Source: Eledone cirrhosa (Eukaryota). Taken from it: 64,000 nucleotides of DNA. The translations under genes were made by a program, and so were the position numbers. This document shows positions 13,240 to 27,336 of the stretch, piece by piece. The DNA is taken from the NCBI GenBank assembly GCA_964016885.1, contig OZ024760.1, positions 31,372,001 through 31,436,000 on the forward strand, written 5' to 3'. Under the pieces are notes generated by a model that was given only the letters and a program-made list of their open reading frames with translations, had not been told where the DNA came from and made no database searches. Numbering within the stretch: the first letter of the stretch is position 1; each line of letters starts with the position of its first letter.

Positions 13240-15815
13240 GAAACGAGACGTACTCGACAACAGAGGAGGACTATCCTCAGGAGAAAAATATGGAAGTTAA
13301 AGGACCCCACAACCAGTAATATATTTAAAAGCATATTACTTGATGCTTTTGACAGTAAGGAAGAGCAATTAGAGTCCTACAATATAGAGGAACAGTGGGA
13401 ATTCCTGAAAGCTAACCTGCTGAAGGCGACAGATGAAATCTGTGGCTGGAGCAGACCTATAGGCAGGAGGAGAGTAACTTGGTGGTGGAACAGTAAGGTG
13501 GAGGAGTCAATCAAGGCCAAAAAGCAGGCTTGGAAAGTATGGTGGGATGGGGGAAGTAGAGAAAACTATCAAGTGGTCAGGGGGGAAGCTAGGAGACAAG
13601 TGTACTTCGCAAGAAGGGAAGCAGATGAAAGAAAGTTCAAGCATGTTCTACGATGCGAGGACCAAAAACGTGAGGTGTTCAGGATTGCTAGGCAATGTGT
13701 CAAGGAAAATCGTGATATTGTCGGGGAGAAGTGTTTCCGTAATGATGATGGTGTACTTGCCATCACTGACACTGATAAGAAGGTAGCTTGGAAGTGTCAC
13801 TACGAAAGGCTACTAAATGAGGAGAATAAATAGGAGAAAGACAGTCTCCCTCACATCGATCCAATAGAGGGACCAGCAGTGCAAGTTGAAGGTAGTATAA
13901 TAAGTAAGGCAATTAAAGATATGAAAACGGGCAAGGCGGCTGGGCCTTCGGAAATAGTTGCTGAAATGCTGAAAGCATCTGGAATGGTGGGACACACTAT
14001 GGTCATCCGGATAGTAAACCAAGTCATACAGAATGGGGTCGTTCCAAAGGACTGGCGCAGCATCATCATCATTAACTGCTACAAGGATAAAGGTGTTGCC
14101 CTAGATAGGGGAAACTATAGAGGCATTAAATTAATTGACCAGGTCATGAAGGTCACAGAAAGAGTTATAGCGCAACTAATCAGAGAGCGAATTGATCTAG
14201 ATGAAATGCAGTTTTGGTTTGTGTCAGGTAAAAGTACGACAGACGCTCTTTTCCTTGTACGACAACTACAGGAGAAGTACCTAGCTAAAAGTAAACCCCT
14301 ATACTTAGCTTTTGTTGACCATTATCTGGTGGGCTCTCAGAAAACTAGGTGTTGATGAATGGCTTGTGAGAGCTATACAAGCCATGTATAAAGAAACAGT
14401 CAGCAAGGTTAGAATTAACAACGAATATAGTGAAGAGTTTAGCGTAAAAGTTGGTGTTCATCAGGGCTCTGTCCTTAGGCCCCTCCTATTTATTTTTGCC
14501 CTTTAGGCTATAACAGAGGAGTTCAAGACCGGCTGCCCATGGGAACTCCTATACGCAGATGATCTAACGCTCATAGCTGAATCAATGGCTGAACTAGAGA
14601 AGAAATTCCAAACATGGAAGCATTTAACTTGTCTAAGACTAAAGTTCTAGTATGTAGGAAGGGAAATAGGGCACTGGTCCCCTCTGGGAATACTCAGTGT
14701 GTAGGAAAGGATTAGGCAGAAACTCCATTTATGTCCCAAATGCAAAGTATGGGTGCATAAAAGATGTAGTGGGATCACAGGTAAGCTAACTAAAAATATA
14801 GATTTTATATGTGGCCGGTGCTCAGGAACAATAAGTAGTAGCAAGTGGCCATAGGAGACTAGCTCATTCCATTGCCCAGATGGTTCTATAGAAATAGTGG
14901 ACACCTTCCTTTACCTGGGTGACAAAATCAGCAGTGGTGTAGGGTGCTCCGAAAGTACAGTAGCTAGAGTCAGAACGGGATGGAAAAAGTTCAGAGAGCT
15001 TATACCACTATTGGCCGCTAAAGGTTTCTCTGTAAAAATGAAAGGCAGGCTGTATGATACCTGTATACGAATAGCAATGCTACATGGCAGTGAGACATGG
15101 GCTTTGTGCGCAGAGGAACGAAGCTTGCATGCTCCGTTGGATGTGTAATAGTAATATACGTGAACGGCAAAGCATAAACGAACTAAGTGAGAAATTAGGA
15201 ATAAGAGGGATCAGATGCTGTTTACTCGAGAGAATACTACGTTGGTATGGTCACGTGATGCGCATGAAAGACGACAGCTGTATAAAAAAGTGCAGGGCGG
15301 TAGCTACGGAGTAGGCAGACCCAGAAAAACCTGGGATGATTTGATAAATTCCAACCTTACACACTTACACCTTTCCAAGACAATGTCACTGGACCAAGAT
15401 CTTTGGCACTACGCATTAATACAGAAAAACTACCTTGCCTAAGTACAAAGCGAAACCTACAGTCAGTAGGCACCTCTTAACCAAAATACACCCCCGTCCC
15501 ACTACCCCTACCCCCACCCCTATCAACACCACCCCTTTCTCTGTAAAGTTATGTTGGTACCACAATATCCAGTCCTAAACAAATGAGGTCGTGAAGGTGT
15601 CACGACAAAAAACACAGTCCACGCTGTAATGTGGCCGTGTAGGTAACACGGTAAAAACCTCCCAGTCCGCACTGTAAATGTGGTTGGTGTTAGGAAGGGC
15701 ATCCAGCCGTAGAAAACCTGCCAGACAGTCCTATATGCCTCAAGTAGGAGAATTCCTGTCTAAACCCATGTTAGCATGGAAGATAGACGTTAAACGATGA
15801 GGATGATGATGATGA
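13240..15815 (+). mobile_element. 5'-truncated RTE-clade LINE, degenerate
   Basis: Fragmented RT ORFs; (GAT)n tail; close relative of the 47605-49705 copy. Confidence 0.88.
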
Positions 15816-15883
15816 TATATATACTTATGTATATAGTCAAACATTCGTACAATTTTAACTTTCTTTTCTTTAATTATTTTCAG

Positions 15884-15932
15884 GATTTGCTTGAAAGTTT
15901 GTCACAATGTAAAGGACAGGGTCTGTTGACAG
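15884..15932 (+). CDS. TRANK1-like gene, short internal exon
   Basis: ttttcAG acceptor, G/GTTAGT donor; DLLESLSQCKGQGLLT, phase 0-1 bridges to the 24423 exon. Confidence 0.6.
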
Positions 15933-16983
15933 GTTAGTGTCATTACTAGCATACACCCTCCCCCCCATAGACCTCATACACACCTCCACCACCACCACAT
16001 ACACACAACCACATAGACCACCACTACCACATACACATCATACACATCCCCATCACCACCACCACCTACACGACAAACATCAAAATATATACTCCAGTCA
16101 CCTTACAGAATGACTATATAACATTTACATTACTCTATATATACTATTATATTTCCACATTAAAGGCTTTACTTCACATAATATCTCACATAACATTTAC
16201 ATTACTCTATATATATTATTGTATTTTCACAGTAAAGGCTTTACCTCACATAATATCTCACATAACATTTACATTACTCTATATATACTATTGTATTTTC
16301 ATAGTAAAGGCTTTACCTCACATAATATCTCACATAACATTTACATTACTCTATATATACTATTGTATTTTCACAGTAAAGGATTTACCTCACATAATAT
16401 CTCACATACCATTTACATTACTCTATATATATATACTATTGTATTTTCACAGTAAAGGCTTTACCTCACATATCTCACATAACATTTACATTACTCTATA
16501 TTTACTATTGTATTTTCACAGTAAAGGATTTACCTCACATAATATCTCACATACCATTTACATTACTCTATATATACTATTGTATTTTCACAGTAAAGTC
16601 TTTACCTCACATAATATCTCACATACCATTTACATTACTCTATATTTACTGTTTTATTTTCACAGTAAAGGCTTTACCTCGATAATATCTCACATAACAT
16701 TTACATTACTCTATATATACTATTGTATTTTCACATTAAAGGCTTTACCTCACATAATATCTCACATAACATCTCGTATACGAGAGACGTGTGTTGACGT
16801 GTGTGAACAAGCTCGGCTACCGAGTCGGATTTACTTACTCAAAAAGTGAGTTTTGATTAATTTTTTTATACTGTAATATACGTTAACCCCTTGCCTTGGT
16901 CGTCAAACTTTGAGTTTATTTATTTTCGCCCCTTTTTGGGGCGAATTTTCCAGTTAAAAATTTATTACGGCAAACTAATAGAA

Positions 16984-18726
16984 ATGGACGGAATTTTCAC
17001 ATCTCATCCTAACGTGAAAGCCACGCCCCCTAAGAAAGGTGATACAGAGAAGCTAGAAGCACAAGGCTCTAAGTCTTCCCTCCTGACTTCTGCAAAAGAA
17101 ACATGGAACACGGAATTAAAAGAAAAATTTGTAAAAATGGGTGAAAACCCAGAAAGTCACATAAACGCAGACAAAAACAACAACGACAATAACAGCAATA
17201 GTCACAACACCAACCAAGGAAAAAATAACGATAACACCAAACAAAGCGAACCCACTACTGGTGCCTCCTTTGCACAGGCGGTCCGGAAAACACAAACCTG
17301 CAAGCAACTGGACATTACAACTCTGAGAGAAAAGATGAAGGAAGCGAAACAGTATGTAACTTTCAAAGAAGGAGGAGACTTCACAATCACCTCCCCACAA
17401 GAAATCAAAAGAGACACGACGCTAAGAACGATATCTTTCAGAACAATTTCCAACATAACAAGGAAACCAACTCAATTATCCCAAAAAGAGATTGAGCTGG
17501 TCCTAAAAAATGTGTGGAGTGATATATCGTTCATACAAAAAGGGCCACTCTATGGGAATATAACGGTCCTAATGAAGGATCAATTGACGGCCAGGAAATA
17601 CTCTGTGGCACCAATTGTTTCCAAGCTACATACATTTTTCCCCACATATTTAGGGAAAAGAACGCAGAAGATAAGGGTCTCCGGAATCCGGCCAAATGCA
17701 TGCATTTTCTGGGTACTAACAGGATTTTTAGAAGACGAGCACGGAATCCTCTCAGTAGGAGAAGTCACCACAGACGTTTTCGGCGGTTTGAGCGTGGAGG
17801 TTCTGGTCCAAATGAGACCAGAACGAATAGCTAGAATACCACAGAGGGTGTCCCTCGATGGAGAAACATTTATATATATTTCAGCCGAGGGTAGGAGGCC
17901 CATATGTTACTACTGTTCAAGCAGGGGTCATCTAAGGGCTGCTTGTCCTCAATTGACAAAAAAAAAGGCTCTTTTGCCTACACCCCACACACCACCACCG
18001 CCACCACCACCACCACCACCACCTCCACCACCACCACCACAACAACAACAAAAACAACAGGGAAAAATAACACAAGACACGGCCCCACCCAAAACAACTC
18101 CCAAAACACACACAAATACAACAAAACCCCAAAATACACCACTACCCGACAGCACGGACGAGGACCCAGCGGAAACGGCACCTAGTGACGAAGAGGGGGA
18201 ACCCTTCCAACCTGTAAAAAGGAAAAAAAGAAAGCACCACTCGAACATAAACGAAACAAACACACAACCACCAACAAAAACAAAACAAACAGAACAAACA
18301 AAATCCGCCCCACCCCAAAACATAACACATACAACAAAACGTAAGCCCACACAAGAACAACAAACAAACACAACACAAATAAAACAGTATACATACATTA
18401 ACACAAATAACAAAGAACTAGTAAAAACAATACACAAAGACCCTTTGGTGGAAACTGAAGGGCAATTCTTTGCAAGCGCGGCCAACAAACCGCATTTAAA
18501 AATGATAAGACTCCCAATGGACACCTATGCAAAACTAAGAGAGAACTTTCCTGAGGACGTGGGGAAAACATGTACTCGACCCTATAACCGCGTCCTCTTG
18601 AAACGTTTCCCCACCCACACCTCACCAAACACCCCCACTCCACCACAGAACAACACCCCACCAAACAACCCCTCCAATACGCCCATGGATATTGTGCAAC
18701 CTGCTCCTCAGGAGCCGAACAGGTAG
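16984..18726 (+). CDS. Tx1 ORF1, gag-like protein with CCHC knuckle
   Basis: CYYCSSRGHLRAAC, poly-Pro, basic NLS-like KRKKRK; first ATG at 16984. Confidence 0.85.
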   Translation: MDGIFTSHPNVKATPPKKGDTEKLEAQGSKSSLLTSAKETWNTELKEKFVKMGENPESHINADKNNNDNNSNSHNTNQGKNNDNTKQSEPTTGASFAQAVRKTQTCKQLDITTLREKMKEAKQYVTFKEGGDFTITSPQEIKRDTTLRTISFRTISNITRKPTQLSQKEIELVLKNVWSDISFIQKGPLYGNITVLMKDQLTARKYSVAPIVSKLHTFFPTYLGKRTQKIRVSGIRPNACIFWVLTGFLEDEHGILSVGEVTTDVFGGLSVEVLVQMRPERIARIPQRVSLDGETFIYISAEGRRPICYYCSSRGHLRAACPQLTKKKALLPTPHTPPPPPPPPPPPPPPPPQQQQKQQGKITQDTAPPKTTPKTHTNTTKPQNTPLPDSTDEDPAETAPSDEEGEPFQPVKRKKRKHHSNINETNTQPPTKTKQTEQTKSAPPQNITHTTKRKPTQEQQTNTTQIKQYTYINTNNKELVKTIHKDPLVETEGQFFASAANKPHLKMIRLPMDTYAKLRENFPEDVGKTCTRPYNRVLLKRFPTHTSPNTPTPPQNNTPPNNPSNTPMDIVQPAPQEPNR

Positions 18727-18747
18727 GTCCTTCCTCTTTTAACCAAC

Positions 18748-21700
18748 ATGGCTGATATAAGAGTTGGGTGTCTGAATGTACGTGGCCTGGGACTGTCTTG
18801 GAAACAAGGCAAACTTTTAAACGATCTCAGGTCGCATAGAATGGATGTAATGGCTATTTGCGAGTCCAGGATCAGCAGCGAGCACCAACTGGCGCCCCTC
18901 TTCGACGACTTTGAGATCTTCGCATCTCTCTGTCAACCGGGGGGTGGGGGTGGAGTTGTCGTTCTGCTGCGAAAACACCTGGGCCTCGCCATACAGAAGG
19001 TGCACCTGGACCCGGAGGGTCGACTGGTGGTTTTAGACGTCGGCAGTAGTGAAAGTGGAGCCCTTAGACTAATAGCTGTGTACGCCCCTTTTTGGGCAGC
19101 GCGGCCGGAATACTTCCAACGTCTGGAAACTTTTCTGGGAACGTCCCGCTCCTTGCTTTTAGTGGGGGACTGGAATGGTATCCTGGATGCACGTTGGGAC
19201 TATGTAGGGGCATGTGCCAATAGAGGGGGGTGTAAAAGCCTCAAAAGGTTAATCGGCCGATTTGACCTGGCCGATAGATATCGACTAGATTTTCCGACTA
19301 CCACTATGGACGTGGACCAATCGCAGTGGAACATCTAGGTCGTACCTAGATAGGGTCCTAGTTAGAGAGAACGATAGGGACACATTTAGCTGTCCAAAAA
19401 TGTTCATGGTTGACTATTCGGATCACAAGTTAGTGACCTGCATAGCCAACCTTGATAGAACCCATAGACAGGGACCCGGTTACTGGAAGCTGAACTTGTC
19501 CTTACCGAGAAGCAAAGCTTACAGTAAACGGATTAGCACGTTAGTTAAGCAGAGTTTGACAGGGGCAATTGTCAACAACAGGTGGTGGAGCTCTCTTAAG
19601 AGAGCAATTAGAATAGAATCGATAGGTTTTAGTCAGGAATTAGCAAGGGATAGGAACAAGACGGAAAGGGAATTAGTAGATAGAGTAGAAGAGGCGATTA
19701 GGAGTGGCAATGTAGCCGGCGTGCTGGCATCAAGAATGGCCTTAGACCAGTTCTTTGAGGTGAAGCATGAAGGCTGCGTTGTCAGGAGTAAAATACGTGC
19801 TCTGGGTAATGAGGGAGCCAAAGCTGTGAGCTGGGCCCGAGTGACAGAGGCAAAAAGTGGGAACAAGTCCACGATTCGGTCTTTGAAGGACCAGGATGGG
19901 CGTGTGATCCTTGAACCTGGGCAGATGTGTGCGGCCTTTCAGCGGCACTTTGCACGACTGTTCGAGAGGGGCGGCGCGCCGGGTGAGACTATGGATTTCA
20001 ATCCATACCTCGACGGTCTGCCGCGCCTCTCGGACGCGGAGGCGAAGTCCTGCGAAAGGACGATTTCAGCTGCTGAGATAGGGGCGGCGCTGAGCCAATG
20101 CGGCAAACGCAAATCCCCGGGTCTCGATGGTCTACCATACGAGCTATATGTAGCGATGCCGGACTTGTTCTCCGATATCCTCGAAGCGGTCTACTGCAAC
20201 TGGCAGCAGAACGGGAGAATTCCCAGTTCTGTGACCAAGGGCGTAGTTACGCTGGTGAGGAAGGATGAGAACAAGAGGGATGACATAAGTAACTTTAGGC
20301 CCATAACTCTGCTAAATACAGAGTTAAAGATTTTGGCCAAGGTGTTAGCGAAGAGGTTGGCGCTTGTCGTTGGAAACCTGGTGGGAGAAGCGCAGACATG
20401 CGCAATCCCGTCCAGGTCCATTCACGACAATCTCCACCTTATGCGATACATCATAGAGAGGGTAGGGAATGAACCCGGCTTTGGTGGGGCCCTGATCAAC
20501 TTGGATCAATCTAAAGCTTTCGATAGGGTTGACCATCGTTACCTGGATGCGGTGCTCGCGGCGGCAGGCTTCGGACCCGTTTTCAGGGGTTGGATTGCTG
20601 CGATGCACAGCAGCAACGTCTGCTCAAGGGTCAAGGTGAACGGCCACCTCTCGGAGCCGTTCCAAATCATGCGATCCATCCGACAGGGATGCCCTCTCTC
20701 CTCCCTACTGTATGTGCTGGCTCTTGAGCCACTACTGCGGAAGTTGGAGCGGTTGCAGGGCATCCCTTTGGAACCGGGATTGCAGAAAGCGGCGTCGGCC
20801 TACGCCGATGACGTGACAGTAATGGTGTCGAAAACCTCGCAAATCGGTGAGATCGGCACCTTACTGGAGGAATATGAAAGGTTTACAGGAGCCAAGCTGA
20901 ACCGGGACAAGTCCGTCGGTTTGCAACTCGGAACATGGAGAGGCAAACCGATGCCCTCCAACGACGTCGTCGGACGCTGGACGGAGGGCCCGGTGAAGCT
21001 GCTTGGGGTCTGGTTCGGACCAGACCTCCAGGTGGAGAAAAACTGGAACGAGGTAACGGCCAGGGTGTTTGCACTCACCCAGAAGTGGGCCCAGTGCAAA
21101 CTATCCCTGAAAGGTCGAGCGGAGGTGGCGAATACTTATATAGCATCCGTCATCTACTACCGCTTGACCGTCGTGCCTTGCCCAGTGAAAAGACTCGCCA
21201 AAATGGAGTGCGCGCTGTTCCAATTTCTTTGGAACAAGCGGACCCCTTTGGTGAGGAGATCCATCTGCTGTCAACACCCTTCGAAAGGAGGGCTGGGGAT
21301 GCCGTGGCTACAGATGCGTAAACACGCATTAAGGCTACGGCACCTCCAGGTATTCCTCACCGGTCAACCGGTGTGGGCCCCGTTTGTGAGGCGAGCCTTT
21401 CCCAGACTCGTCTCGCTCACCGAGCTGCAATCCTGGGTCAAGCAAAGACCGAGAAAAGTGGGCGACTGGCACATTGAATGTGCCCAGGCGCTCACGGCCC
21501 TCTGGAAAGCGGACCCGGCAATCAGTGGAGACTCCACATCGACATTCTATAGAGGGTTGGTACGCAGCAGGTGCGACGATGCTCTCGGAGAAGCTCTAGG
21601 CATGGAGGAAGATGAACTGGCCAGTCTGTTCGGTAGGACGTTTGGCCCTGGACCGATGGACAACTTCCAAAAGTCCCTGGCTTGGCAGTGCTACCGAGGG

Positions 21701-22183
21701 GCTCTACCCGTTCGAGACAAGCTCCACAGGCATGGGAGCCTGGGTAGAGATCCTTTGAATAAGATCTGTCCGAGATGCGTGCATGATGACGAAACCGTTG
21801 CGCACGCATTCGTACACTGCCCAGGCATTGCTGACCTGTGGGGCTATGTGGAACGACTACTGTCGAGGGTGGGACCAATCCGGTTGACCACCGAGTCCAT
21901 TGTCACGATCAAACCGCCTCCCCCTTTCAAAAACGAAGGAGAGGCGGTTTTTCTCTGTGTGGTAGCCATGGCTAAAGAAGTTGTATGGTGGACGAGGCTG
22001 AAAGGGCTGAGGTCAGACACCTTTCTCTCCGGCCAACAACTGGTCCCCTTTTTCAAATACCATTTTAAAAGAAGGATCAGAATGGAGAGAGAGGTGCTCT
22101 ACCCCAGCAAGTTTTATGAAAGGTGGGTGAAAGTAGGGAGAATGGCCAGAGTGAATGGGTCATCTCTCTATATCAGCCTGTAG
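18748..22183 (+). pseudogene. Tx1 ORF2 (APE endonuclease-RT-Zn finger), frameshifted
   Basis: 2-bp deletion near 19299 (ccgacTGTacc to ccgacTacc) relative to copy B splits the ORF. Confidence 0.88.
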
Positions 22184-24422
22184 GTGAAAGAAGAGGAAAA
22201 AGAGGAGACGAGGGAAGCACCTACTCTTTGTGCTCCTGAGGAGAAGGGTTACACATTTTTTCCGGGGTGTGTGCGACCCATGTTAATGCCCCCTCCCTAT
22301 TGAGGACTTCGTTTGTTGTTGTTATTTCATTGTTATATTTTTGTACTCGTTAATTATATGTAAACTTCCCCCCTTGTATCTGTCCCTACCTTTTGTGCCC
22401 TAGTGGCAAATAAAGAAACCACTCTATATATACTATTGTATTTTCACATTAAAGGCTTTACCTCACATAATATCTCACATAACATTTACATTACTCTATA
22501 TATACTATTGTATTTTCACAGTAAAGGCTTTACCTCACATATCTCACATAACATTTACATTACTCTATATTTACTATTGTATTTTCACAGTAAAGGATTT
22601 ACCTCACATAATATCTCACATACCATTTACATTACTCTATATATACTATTGTATTTTCACAGTAAAGTCTTTACCTCACATAATATCTCACATACCATTT
22701 ACATTACTCTATATTTACTGTTTTATTTTCACAGTAAAGGCTTTACCTCGATAATATCTCACATAACATTTACATTACTCTATATATACTATTGTATTTT
22801 CACATTAAAGGCTTTACCTCACATAATATCTGACCTAACATTTACATTACTCTATATATACTATTGTATTTTCACATTAAAGGCTTTACCTCACATAATA
22901 TCTCACATAACATTTACATTACTCTATATATACTATTGTATTTTCACATTAAAGGCTTTACCTCACATAATATCTCACATAACATTTACATTACTCTATA
23001 TTTACTATTGTATTTTCACAGTAAAGGATTTACCTCACATAATATCTCACATAATATGTACATTACTCTATATATACTATTGTATTTTCACAATAAAGGC
23101 TTTACCTCACATAATATCTCACATAATATTTACATTACTCTATATTTACTATTGTATTTTCACAGTAAAGCCTTTACCTCACATAATATCTCACATACCA
23201 TTTACATTACTCTATATTTACTGTTTTATTTTCACAGTAAAGGCTTTACCTCGATAATATCTCACATAACATTTACATTACTCTATATATACTATTGTAT
23301 TTTCACATTAAAGGCTTTACCTCACATAATATCTCACATAACATTTACATTACTCTATATATACTATTGTATTCTCATGGTAAAGGCTTTACTTCACATA
23401 ATATCTCACATAACATTTACATTACTTTATATATACTATTGTATTTTCACAGTAAAGGCTTTACCTCACATAATATTTACATTACTCTATATATACTATT
23501 GTATTTTCTCATTAAAGGCTTTACCTCACATAATATCTCACATAACATTTATATTACTTTATATATACTATTGTATTTTCACAGTAAAGGCTTTACCTCA
23601 CATAATATTTACATTACTCTATAAATATACTATTGTATTTTCACGTTAAAGGCTTTACTTCACGTAATATCTGACCTAACATTTACATTACTCTATATAT
23701 ACTATTGTATTCTCATGGTAAAGGCTACTTCACATAATATCTCGCATACCATTTATATTACTCTATATATACTATTGTATTTGACAGTAAAGGCTTTATC
23801 TCAAATAATATCTCACATACCATTTACATTACTCTATATTTACTATTGTTTTCACAGTAAAGGCTTTACCTCACATAATATCTCACATAACATTTACATT
23901 ACTCTATATTTACTATTGTATTTTCACAATAAAGGCTTTACCTCACATAATATCTCACATACTATTTATATTACTCTATATATACTATTGTATTTTCACA
24001 GTAAAGACTTTACCTCACATAATATGTGACATAACATTTACATTACTCTATATATACTATTGTATTGTCATGGTAAAGACTTTACTTCACATAATATCTC
24101 CCATACCATTTACATTACTCTATATATACTATTGTTTTTTCACAGTAAAGGCTTTACCTCACATAATATCTCACATAACATTTACATTACTCTATATATA
24201 CTATTGTATTTTCACAGTAAAGGCTTTACCTCATATAATTATCTCATATAATATCGAATATACGAGATTTATTTTAAGAACAATATCTTAACAACAGTAT
24301 GAACGGCCGAATACGGCCAGTTTGAACAGAAAGAGGTGAGAGAATTCTGGCTGGATATAGCCAGTTTAAATGCTAAAGGGTTATACCAATTTAAATTTCA
24401 TAATGTCTATTTTCTGTTTTAG

Positions 24423-25167
24423 TTGAGACTGAAAAATTTGAAGATCTGGAACTTGACAAATCTGACAAATACTGTAGCTTGGATGGTAATGTCAATGAGA
24501 AAAACAGCAAGGATCTATTAAACAAACAGTTTTATAAAGACCCCACTGAATCTACATCATCAAAAGACCCCACTGAATCTACATCAACAAAAGCCCCCCC
24601 TAAATCTACATCAACAACAGCCCCCCCTAAATCTACATCAACAAGAGACAGCCCTAAATCTACACCTACAACAGACCCCCCTAAATCTACACCAACAACA
24701 GACCCCCCTAAATCTACAAAAGGCCCCCCAACAACAGACCCCCCTCAATCTACATCAACTGACAATTCAAAGAGTCTCAATTTCTGCCCAGAAGAGAAAA
24801 CTACAACAGAAGCAGCAGGAAAAATCAAGAAACGAAAGCATCGAAAGAAAAATTCTATAAGGCCAATTATTGAACCAGAAAAGTATGAAGAAATACCCCC
24901 AAAATGCGCTGTTAAACCTCCACAGCCAGACATTTCTAAACATGAGAAACAGGTGGAAGAGGTCAAATTTGATGTTGAATCTTTGGAAAGCAGAATGAAA
25001 GCCAACATAGAATCATTGGCTGAGTATAAATTTGAAGAAACAGATTCCATTTTTGAAAGGGTTGAAAGGGAAAATTCTTCTGAAACAATTTCTAATCCTT
25101 GTAAAAAGATTGACAGATGTGTAGACTTTAATCCTGATGTAATCAAAGACTGCGAAATTTCAGAAGC

Positions 25168-25205
<38 letters not shown>

Positions 25206-25478
25206 AGGCTGCTGCTGATGCCGATGGTGAAGATTTGTTTGAAAATTTGGTTTGGAAAATAGTATGTACGCAAGATGTTTGGAATACATTGAAGAGCAGA
25301 GACTTGACCACTGAAATACGCAGACAAGCTATTTCAGCAATCAGAAAGCTAGCTTCTGGATATAAGACAAGATATGTGAGAAAACTGAAGGATATCCCCA
25401 ACAGTTTGAAATTGTACACAATTCGTCTGTCACCACATTCACGCATCATCTGGCAAATAGCCATATATTATATTCCAG
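24423..25478 (+). CDS. TRANK1-like gene, large exon (Pro/Thr repeats, acidic tract, WKIVCT...RIIWQI region)
   Basis: ctgttttAG acceptor, G/GTAAGA donor; 345-aa ORF; C-terminal part resembles the TRANK1 segment upstream of the helicase. Confidence 0.8.
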
Positions 25479-25735
25479 GTAAGAATATGCACAGTATACG
25501 TTTTTCTTCTCATTAAAATATATTGGTCTGGCAAACCAAAGATGTGGGCTCATGTCCCATGTATGTCAAAACTCATCCTTTTTTCCATTCAGAGGGTTTT
25601 TAAAATCCCAACTAAGCAGACTAATTCTATTTAGTCAAGTGTGGTGTAGGCACAGGTAACTAACTAATTTTCAAATTCGCTAGCTGTTTGTAAACAAAGC
25701 CTGCTTTGTCTCTCCCTGTTTATATATATATACAT

Positions 25736-25779
<44 letters not shown>

Positions 25780-25838
25780 TGTTATACTTTGGGAAGGTTA
25801 TGCTGCCAATAAATTTATATATATATATATATATATAG

Positions 25839-26374
25839 ATATATCAACTAGAAATTGATTGACATATATATATATCTAAAATAAACATATGAAACAATCA
25901 CAGGGAATAATTTGTAAAAGTGTGTAATCACACATAGCTATGTAGGTAACTAATTAAAGTTTAACTAAAACTTCAAAAATAGATACCTTATAAATTGATT
26001 AATCTTCCTTGTATATATTTCATTAAAGAAATATATTTCACTATCAATCGATCGGTAAATCACAGTAGCCAAATCCCGGATTTTCAACAAGGGAGAAGAT
26101 CTAAATATCTGTGTTTACACAGCAAATTCAAATCTGCGAATGACTAGCAACACGTGTTGCATTTTTTTAAAATACACACATCGTACCAGCTTCATCCCAG
26201 GGGCGGAATAGGGTTATTGACAACTAGAAATAGCAGCCGAGTCCTTTCAACTGAGTTAGCTCTACAATTAAGGGGCCGTATATATATATATCCAAAATTA
26301 AATTATTCCCTGTGATTGTTTCATATGTTTATTTTAGATATATATATATATGTCAATCAACTTCTAGTTGATAT
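25839..26374. repeat. Inverted repeat pair of about 73 bp with about 390 bp spacer, plus tail hairpin
   Basis: tatatcaactagaa...cagggaataattt (25839-25912) mirrors 26300-26374; followed by ATGCTC...GAGCAT. Confidence 0.7.
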
Positions 26375-26605
26375 AAAATGCTCGGATCTATTCATTGGAA
26401 TCTTGGAGCATATTCTACGGTGGATATGGCGAATGTCTCTCCGACATGACACCCTTAATTTAATTTTGGATATATATATATATATATTATCAACCTCGTC
26501 CTCCTCCTCCTCTCATATCCTTCATTCACTTTTGTTACCTTAATCTATATTTACAGCCTCCAAGATATACTGAAGAAAATATTTTTCATTTTTCTTGTTT
26601 TATAG

Positions 26606-27196
26606 AACTGGAACGGTACTCAGAGGTCCTTTGTATCTGGAAATTGGTTTTTAATTTAAACAAACTAAGATCCATCATAGATGCCATAGTTGAAAGCCAC
26701 GTGACTAGTTTATCTCATTGTCCCCAATATTTAAGACAAGTACATTCTGATCAAAAAGATTCTGCTAAATGGCACCCTCGTATTTTTGAGGAGAGTGACA
26801 ACAATAACGAGACGGACATCTGTCAACCATATATCACCGTCAACGATGAAAATGGCTTGGATGTGATGAAATTCTATCATTTTTCTTCTTCGTTGGTGAC
26901 ATATATTCTTCAGGAGGACATCATACAAGAAGCTTCTTTTCCTTTTGAAGTGAAAGAAAGTGAAGCTAAGATAATTTCTGACAATGGCAATGAAACTGTT
27001 ATCGTATTAGGTAGAAGTGGAACGGGTAAAACGACGTGTTGCCTTTATCGAATATGGAGTCATTACATCAGTTATTGGAAGGACAACACCTCAGCAATGC
27101 CATTATTTCAAAAAGCTGACACTAAACCATTTGATCCTCTCAGAAATAACAAGCTGACAGAATGCCATGAAGAGGACGATCCACAAGAATCACAAG
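26606..27196 (+). CDS. TRANK1: TRANK1-like UvrD helicase exon, Walker A
   Basis: VIVLGRSGTGKTTCCLYRIW; ttttatAG acceptor and G/GTAAGG donor in phase. Confidence 0.88.
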
Positions 27197-27336
27197 GTAA
27201 GGCATTTTATTTAAAATCAAAATAATTTTTGAATTCATTCATTTTAATAAGTAGAGTGTGGTGTTTTAAGTTAACCTGTTAGCATTTACATTACTCTATA
27301 TTTACTATTGTATTTTCACAATAAAGGCTTTACCTT

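Larger units (their letters stand above)
16773..22420 (+). mobile_element. Full-length Tx1/L1-clade non-LTR retrotransposon, copy A (5648 bp)
   Basis: ORF1 + ORF2; near-identical to 39729-45378; ends AATAAAGAAACC with no poly(A). Confidence 0.93.
16119..24380 (+). repeat. 72-bp satellite array 1 (interrupted by Tx1), ending in the MITE 3' end
   Basis: Unit cataacatttacattactctatatatactattgtattttcacagtaaaggctttacctcacataatatctca; ends ...TAAATGCTAAAGGG/ttat; 5' TIR not seen. Confidence 0.92.

Noticed and set aside
17116-22056. Antisense and alternate-frame ORFs within Tx1 and other elements
   Set aside because: They are shadow ORFs of compositionally biased coding sequence with no recognisable motifs.
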